Assembly (NCBI RefSeq): GCF_001465295.1
Contig: NZ_CP011034.1
Coordinates: 2,520,001-2,552,000 of the forward strand
Source of the DNA: Pseudoalteromonas translucida KMM 520
Lineage (GTDB): Bacteria; Pseudomonadota; Gammaproteobacteria; Enterobacterales; Alteromonadaceae
Direction of reading: 5' to 3'
Length of the DNA: 32,000 bases
Below are positions 26,779 through 32,000 of this stretch, piece after piece (the stretch's first letter is position 1; each line of letters begins with the position of its first letter). The notes under the pieces were generated by a model. The model did no database searches, was not told the DNA's origin, and saw only the letters and a list, made by a program, of their open reading frames with translations. The position numbers were made by a program, and so were the translations under genes.

Positions 26779-29409
26779 TTACTCCGGATCATACCCCAAG
26801 TTAGGCGATAGCCATCTTTCAGCCTCTTCAAGCGTCATATTAGTTCGTTTAGCGTAGTCTTCCACCTGATCTTTTTGGATTGCTGCTACTGCGTAATATT
26901 TTGCCTCTGGGTGTGAAAAGTACCAGCCCGAAACGGCTGCACCTGGCCACATGGCGTACGAGCTGGTGAGCTGCATACCAATGCGTTTTTCAGTATCGAG
27001 CAGTTGCCAAATTTTCTTTTTCTCGGTGTGCTCTGGGCACGCTGGGTAACCTGGCGCTGGGCGAATACCTTGGTAGTTTTCGCGTATTAGCTCATCGTTT
27101 GCTAGGTTTTCATCTGGTGCAAAGCCCCAGTATTCTTTACGTACTTGCTCGTGTAAATACTCGGCAAACGCTTCGGCTAGCCTGTCGGCTACGGCTTTAA
27201 TCATTATTTTGTTGTAATCGTCTTGCTGTGCGTCAAACGCATTGGCAAGGTCGTCTTCTTCCAAACCACCCGTTACTGCAAACGCGCCAAAGTAATCGGG
27301 TGTACCTTTTGGGGCTATGTAATCGGCTAGGCAGTAGTTAGCAAAATCGGTTTTTTCGGTTTGCTGGCGTAAATGGCACGAGGTAGTTAACACCTCTTTG
27401 CGTGTTTCGTCGGTGTATATTTCTATGTCGTCGCCAACCCGGTTTGCCGGAAATAAACCAATTACACCCAGTGGTTGCAAGCTGCCTGCTTTTTCAAGGT
27501 CGTCTAACATGTCGTTGGCGTCTTTAAATAAGCTTTGCGCTTGCTCGCCTACTACTTCATCGGTCATTATGCGCGGGTATTTACCGGCGATTGACCAGGT
27601 CATAAAGTATGGCGTCCAATCTATGTATTTACGCAATGTAGTTATAGATACATTTTTAAACTCTTGCACGCCAAGCTGTTTCGGCACTGGTGGTGTGTAG
27701 TTATCCCAATCGAGTTTGGCGGCGTTATCGCGAGCACGCTGAATTGTCACTGGTTTTGAGCGTGGTTTTTTACGCGCTTGTTGCTCGCGTACTTTAACGT
27801 ACTCGGCTTGTGTTTTTTCTAAAAAGTCACTTTTGTGCTCTTTTGATAATAAGTTTGAAACCACACCCACAGCACGGCTGGCGTTACTCACATACACTAC
27901 GCCTTTATCGTACTGAGGCTCAATTTTAACGGCGGTGTGCGCTTTTGATGTAGTAGCACCACCAATTAACAGCGGCAGTTCAAAACCACGGCGTTTCATT
28001 TCTTTGGCTACGTGTACCATTTCGTCAAGCGATGGGGTAATTAGCCCCGATAAACCAATAATATCGGCTTTTTCGTCGATTGCGGTTTGCAGTATTTTAT
28101 CAGCAGGCACCATTACGCCTAAGTCGATTACTTCGTAGTTATTACATTGCAGTACTACGCCAACAATATTTTTACCTATATCGTGTACGTCGCCTTTTAC
28201 GGTGGCCATTACAATTTTGCCGTTGGTTGAACCTTCTTCTTTTTCAAGCTCAATGTAGGGGTCTAGGTAAGCCACAGCACGCTTCATTACACGGGCCGAT
28301 TTAACTACTTGTGGTAAAAACATTTTACCTGCACCAAATAAGTCACCTACTACGTTCATGCCGTCCATTAACGGACCTTCAATTACGTGAATAGGTTTAG
28401 CGGCAGCTGCGCGGCACTCTTCGGTGTCTACTTCTATAAAGGTAGTTATACCTTTAACAAGGGCATGCTCAAGGCGTTTTTCAACGCTCCAACTGCGCCA
28501 TTCTAAATCTTCAATGCGCTCGGCTTGTGCCATGCCTGAGTACTTAGGCGCAAGTTCTACTAAACGCTCGCCTGCACCGGGGTCGGTATTGAGTATTACG
28601 TCTGTAACGGCTTTGCGTAGTTCTTCGGGAATATCGTCGTAAACCGCCAGTTGCCCAGCGTTAACAATCCCCATATCCATACCCGCTTGAATAGCGTGGT
28701 ATAAAAATACTGAGTGAATTGCTTCACGTACTGGGTTATTACCCCGAAACGAAAACGACACATTCGACACTCCGCCCGACACTTTACAGTGCGGCAAGTT
28801 TTGCTTTATGCGCCGTGTGCCTTCAATAAATTCGACCGCGTAGTTGTCGTGCTCTTCTATCCCTGTGGCTACGGCAAATATATTTGGGTCAAAAATAATA
28901 TCTTCGGGCGCAAAGCCAACGTCTTCTACTAATATTTTATAGCTACGCTCACATATTTCAAATTTTCTATCGGCGGTGGCGGCTTGGCCGTCGGTATCAA
29001 AGGCCATAACTACAGCCGCTGCACCAAAACGTTTAATGGTTTTGGCTTGACGAATAAACGGCTCTTCGCCTTCTTTTAACGAAATTGAGTTAACAATGGC
29101 TTTGCCTTGAATACACTTTAAACCGGCTTCTATTACTTCCCATTTAGAGGAGTCGACCATGATAGGTACGCGCGAAATATCGGGTTCTGAGGCAATTAAA
29201 TTTAAAAACTTAACCATGGCCGCTTTTGAGTCCAACATGGCTTCGTCCATGTTTATATCAATTACCTGCGCGCCGTTTTCTACTTGCTCGCGGGCAACAG
29301 TTAGCGCGGTTTCATAGTCTTCTTCCATGATCAAACGTTTAAACATGGCGGAGCCGGTTACATTGGTACGTTCGCCGACATTAGTAAATACTGCTATTTT
29401 TTGAGTCAT
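26779..29409 (-). CDS. metH: methionine synthase, C-terminal polypeptide (pterin-binding, cobalamin-binding and AdoMet-activation modules)
   Basis: 876 aa beginning [27 protein letters not shown] (E. coli MetH ..[22 protein letters not shown] at about residue 350). It contains the B12 motif [11 protein letters not shown] and runs on to the activation-domain end. Confidence 0.9.
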   Translation of the reverse strand: MTQKIAVFTNVGERTNVTGSAMFKRLIMEEDYETALTVAREQVENGAQVIDINMDEAMLDSKAAMVKFLNLIASEPDISRVPIMVDSSKWEVIEAGLKCIQGKAIVNSISLKEGEEPFIRQAKTIKRFGAAAVVMAFDTDGQAATADRKFEICERSYKILVEDVGFAPEDIIFDPNIFAVATGIEEHDNYAVEFIEGTRRIKQNLPHCKVSGGVSNVSFSFRGNNPVREAIHSVFLYHAIQAGMDMGIVNAGQLAVYDDIPEELRKAVTDVILNTDPGAGERLVELAPKYSGMAQAERIEDLEWRSWSVEKRLEHALVKGITTFIEVDTEECRAAAAKPIHVIEGPLMDGMNVVGDLFGAGKMFLPQVVKSARVMKRAVAYLDPYIELEKEEGSTNGKIVMATVKGDVHDIGKNIVGVVLQCNNYEVIDLGVMVPADKILQTAIDEKADIIGLSGLITPSLDEMVHVAKEMKRRGFELPLLIGGATTSKAHTAVKIEPQYDKGVVYVSNASRAVGVVSNLLSKEHKSDFLEKTQAEYVKVREQQARKKPRSKPVTIQRARDNAAKLDWDNYTPPVPKQLGVQEFKNVSITTLRKYIDWTPYFMTWSIAGKYPRIMTDEVVGEQAQSLFKDANDMLDDLEKAGSLQPLGVIGLFPANRVGDDIEIYTDETRKEVLTTSCHLRQQTEKTDFANYCLADYIAPKGTPDYFGAFAVTGGLEEDDLANAFDAQQDDYNKIMIKAVADRLAEAFAEYLHEQVRKEYWGFAPDENLANDELIRENYQGIRPAPGYPACPEHTEKKKIWQLLDTEKRIGMQLTSSYAMWPGAAVSGWYFSHPEAKYYAVAAIQKDQVEDYAKRTNMTLEEAERWLSPNLGYDPE

Positions 29410-29421
29410 GTTGGCGGCTCC

Positions 29422-30507
29422 TTAATTTAAGTTACAGGCTTCGAGGCCCGATAAACGCATGCGTACTTCAATTTCTGGCAACTGGCGTGGTTTAACACCC
29501 GCTAAACCTTTTGCAAAGGCGCGAATATGCGCAGGTGTGGTGCCGCAGCAACCACCTACAATATTAATAAAACCCGATTTACCCCAATCAATAATTTCGG
29601 TTGCCATTTCTTTTGCTTCTAGGTCGTAGCCACCAAATTCGTTAGGCAAACCTGCATTTGGATGCACTGAGGTAAAGGTTTCGCATACACGCGACAACTC
29701 TTGCACATATTGGCGCAGTAAATCAGGGCCTAAGGCGCAGTTAAGGCCAATAGAAAGCGGTTTAATATGGCGAATAGAGTTATAAAAGGCTTCGGTAGTT
29801 TGCCCCGAAAGCGTACGCCCTGAGGCATCGGTAATAGTGCCGGAGATCATAACTGGTAATGTGCGCCCTGCTTGCTCAAACGCTTCTTCTACTGCAAACG
29901 ATGCAGCTTTAGCATTGAGGGTATCGAATATGGTTTCGATTAAAATAATATCGGCGCCACCTTCCATCAGTGCCAAGGTCGATTCTACATAGGCAGTAAC
30001 TAAACGATCAAAAGTAACATTACGATAGCCCGGATCGTTTACATCGGGCGACAATGAACAAGTTTTTGATGTTGGCCCAAGTACGCCTGCTACATAACGC
30101 GGTTTTTCGGGCGTTTTAGCACTAAATTCATCGCAAAGTAGCCGCGCTAATTTTGCCGACTCTAGGTTTATTTCACGGCTTAAATTAGCCATGTCGTAAT
30201 CCTCCATCGAAATGGTGGTGGAGTTAAAGGTATTGGTTTCGATAATATCGGCACCGGCAGCTAAAAAGCTACGGTGAATATCGGTAATTATTTTAGGCTG
30301 CGTAAGGCTTAGTAAATCGTTATTACCGCGAATAAGTACATGCCAATCTTTAAAGCGTTCACCCCGGTAGTCTTGCTCTTCTAATTGGTGTGCTTGGATC
30401 ATAGTGCCCATAGCGCCATCTAAAATTAAAATACGCTCTTTTAACGCTGCACTTAGTTCGTCGTGCTTGTTTTTATTTTGGTCATTATTAAGAGGGTTAT
30501 TCGGCAT
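29422..30507 (-). CDS. metH: methionine synthase, N-terminal polypeptide (homocysteine S-methyltransferase module)
   Basis: 361 aa. [17 protein letters not shown] (E. coli LNERILVLDGGMGTMIQ), ..GLNCALGP.., ..[14 protein letters not shown].., ending ..[11 protein letters not shown] then TAA. The next ATG is 12 nt (4 in-frame codons) downstream. Confidence 0.9.
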   Translation of the reverse strand: MPNNPLNNDQNKNKHDELSAALKERILILDGAMGTMIQAHQLEEQDYRGERFKDWHVLIRGNNDLLSLTQPKIITDIHRSFLAAGADIIETNTFNSTTISMEDYDMANLSREINLESAKLARLLCDEFSAKTPEKPRYVAGVLGPTSKTCSLSPDVNDPGYRNVTFDRLVTAYVESTLALMEGGADIILIETIFDTLNAKAASFAVEEAFEQAGRTLPVMISGTITDASGRTLSGQTTEAFYNSIRHIKPLSIGLNCALGPDLLRQYVQELSRVCETFTSVHPNAGLPNEFGGYDLEAKEMATEIIDWGKSGFINIVGGCCGTTPAHIRAFAKGLAGVKPRQLPEIEVRMRLSGLEACNLN

Positions 30508-31444
30508 AGTTGTTAGTCCTTACGTCTTGGCTAACTAAATTAATATCATAGGGTGTAGTTTGGTACACGTAATAATTTAACCAGTTCGAAAAAAGTAAAA
30601 AAGCATGGCTTTGCCACGTTTTTGAAGGTTGTTTAGTTGCATCGTCATCTGGAAAGTAATTTTCGGGTTTGGGCGCATTGTCGCTTTTTTCGCAATCACG
30701 TTGGTATTCAGCTTTTAACGAGTCGGCGTCATACTCTGGGTGGCCGGTAATAAACACTTGGCTGCCCGACTTGTTTTTAACTAAGTAAGCACCTACTTTC
30801 TCAGAACCTGCTAGCACGATTAGCTCATTGCAAGCATTTATTTTATTTACATCTACATGGCCATAACGCGAATGCGGTACTAAAAAGGTGTCGTCAAAGC
30901 CGCGCGTTAACGCCCCATGTTCAAAATAACATTGGTGCGTAAATACGCCGCACAGTTTATCGGTTTTTAAATCGCGCTTTATTTTATAATGATGATAAAG
31001 CGCCGCATGTGCTGCCCAACACGAAAAAAGTGTAGACGTAACATGCTGCTCAGCCCAATCTAAAATTGCGGTAAACTCATCCCAATAAGCTACATCCTGG
31101 TACTCTAAATGCGCTAGCGGCGCGCCGGTAACTATTAATGCATCGTAGTTATTGTTTTTTACTTCTGAAAAATAACGATAAAAGGTATCTAGGTGCTGCT
31201 CTGAATTACTGCTACTGCGATGAGTGTCAAGACGCAGTAGTTCTACATTTACTTGCAAAGGCGAATTGGCAAGCAAACGAATAAACTGTACTTCGGTTTC
31301 AACTTTATTAGGCATTAAGTTAAGAATAGCCAAACGCATGGGGCGAATCTCTTGCGTTTTTGCACGAGTTTGTGGCATTACAAATACGTTTTCTTGGCGC
31401 AGGCGAGCAATAGCTGGTAGCTCGTCTTTTACTGTAATTGGCAT
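30497..31444 (-). CDS. metA: homoserine O-succinyltransferase (MetA)
   Basis: The ORF track starts at 31465. Met8 at 31444 gives [23 protein letters not shown].. (E. coli [23 protein letters not shown]) and is preceded by AGGAG. The 3' end overlaps the metH N-terminal ORF by 11 nt. Confidence 0.9.
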   Translation of the reverse strand: MPITVKDELPAIARLRQENVFVMPQTRAKTQEIRPMRLAILNLMPNKVETEVQFIRLLANSPLQVNVELLRLDTHRSSSNSEQHLDTFYRYFSEVKNNNYDALIVTGAPLAHLEYQDVAYWDEFTAILDWAEQHVTSTLFSCWAAHAALYHHYKIKRDLKTDKLCGVFTHQCYFEHGALTRGFDDTFLVPHSRYGHVDVNKINACNELIVLAGSEKVGAYLVKNKSGSQVFITGHPEYDADSLKAEYQRDCEKSDNAPKPENYFPDDDATKQPSKTWQSHAFLLFSNWLNYYVYQTTPYDINLVSQDVRTNNYAE

Positions 31445-31510
31445 CCTTTTACTCCTATTCATCAAAACCGAAAACTTATTATGAACAGATAAGAAAAAAT
31501 ATCAACCAAT

Positions 31511-31526
31511 AGATGGATAGATGTCT
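31511..31526. promoter_or_regulatory. tandem MetJ-box-like octamers upstream of metA
   Basis: AGATGGAT AGATGTCT against the met-box consensus AGACGTCT (5/8 and 7/8 matches). They are contiguous and lie 67-82 nt upstream of the metA ATG. Confidence 0.4.
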
Positions 31527-31684
31527 AAATACCCAAATGAAATTTTTTCATCCTATTTTATAATCGCATTTGTGCACTTTATAGTTTGTTTCTCGGTTTA
31601 AAATTGGCCATTCGTTGACTGCCTCACCCGTCAACCACTACAATAGAGCATTGTGATTTTTATTATTATTTGAAGGTTTTTTCC

Positions 31685-32000
31685 ATGGTTTTACCTGATA
31701 AATTTATATTCTCGATGAGTCGAGTTTCTAAGGTTGTGCCACCTAAGCGCACTATCTTAAAAGACATCTCGTTACATTTTTTCCCGGGCGCTAAAATTGG
31801 TGTGCTTGGTTTAAACGGCTCTGGTAAATCAACATTGCTACGTATTATGGCCGGTGTTGACCAAGACTTTGAAGGTGATGCCTTTCCACAACCAGGCACT
31901 AAAATTGGTTACTTACCGCAAGAGCCAGTACTAGACGAAAGCAAAACCGTACGCGAAATTGTTGAGCAAGCGGTTGGCGAAGTTAAATATGCGCTTAAAC
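31685..32000 (+). CDS. ettA: energy-dependent translational throttle ABC-F protein EttA (5' part; continues past the window)
   Basis: Hand translation: [81 protein letters not shown].. E. coli EttA reads [67 protein letters not shown]. It is missing from the ORF track because no stop lies in the window. Confidence 0.9.
   Translation, partial: MVLPDKFIFSMSRVSKVVPPKRTILKDISLHFFPGAKIGVLGLNGSGKSTLLRIMAGVDQDFEGDAFPQPGTKIGYLPQEPVLDESKTVREIVEQAVGEVKYALK

Noticed and set aside
31445-31684. Possible SAM or cobalamin riboswitch in the metA leader or metA-ettA spacer
   Set aside because: I could not recognise a B12-box or the SAM-I/SAM-II core helices by eye. The region is short, and promoters plus MetJ-like boxes explain it better. 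A covariance-model scan would be needed to settle this.

Overview
The window looks like a chromosomal segment of a moderately AT-rich marine gammaproteobacterium. Gene content and codon style suggest Alteromonadales or Pseudoalteromonas, but that is inference with no database search. Most of it is ordinary core or shell genes: osmC, a stand-alone EAL phosphodiesterase, a secreted M20 dipeptidase, a TehA/TDT transporter with a LysR regulator, an OprC/NosA-like TonB-dependent receptor, an MFS transporter, frmA, an SMR pump with a LysR regulator, hrpB, a group II truncated globin, a CsbD-like protein, a metA-metH operon and the 5' end of ettA.

Five places do not fit that background:
- Positions 1-2331 are the right end of an AT-rich integrated element. 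It has cut a cryptochrome/photolyase-family gene, leaving only the 3' remnant plus its DUF2256 partner. The element's terminal gene encodes an unusually long (673 aa) tyrosine-recombinase-like protein with a Cys-rich tail. Its cargo lies left of the window.
- Positions 24372-26720 are an AT-rich islet between csbD and metH. It carries a long Y1/HUH (RayT-like) transposase homologue and an orphan 2-TM protein.
- Positions 13516-17595 are a tightly coupled DUF1800 lipoprotein, Tat-exported DUF1501 and DUF1499 operon of unknown function.
- metH is split by an in-frame TAA embedded in a Shine-Dalgarno sequence.
- A Zn-dependent alcohol dehydrogenase is broken by two 1-nt frameshifts.

I found no rRNA, tRNA or CRISPR array. 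All family calls come from by-eye motif recognition in the supplied translations. Hairpin, repeat and small-ORF coordinates were counted by hand.
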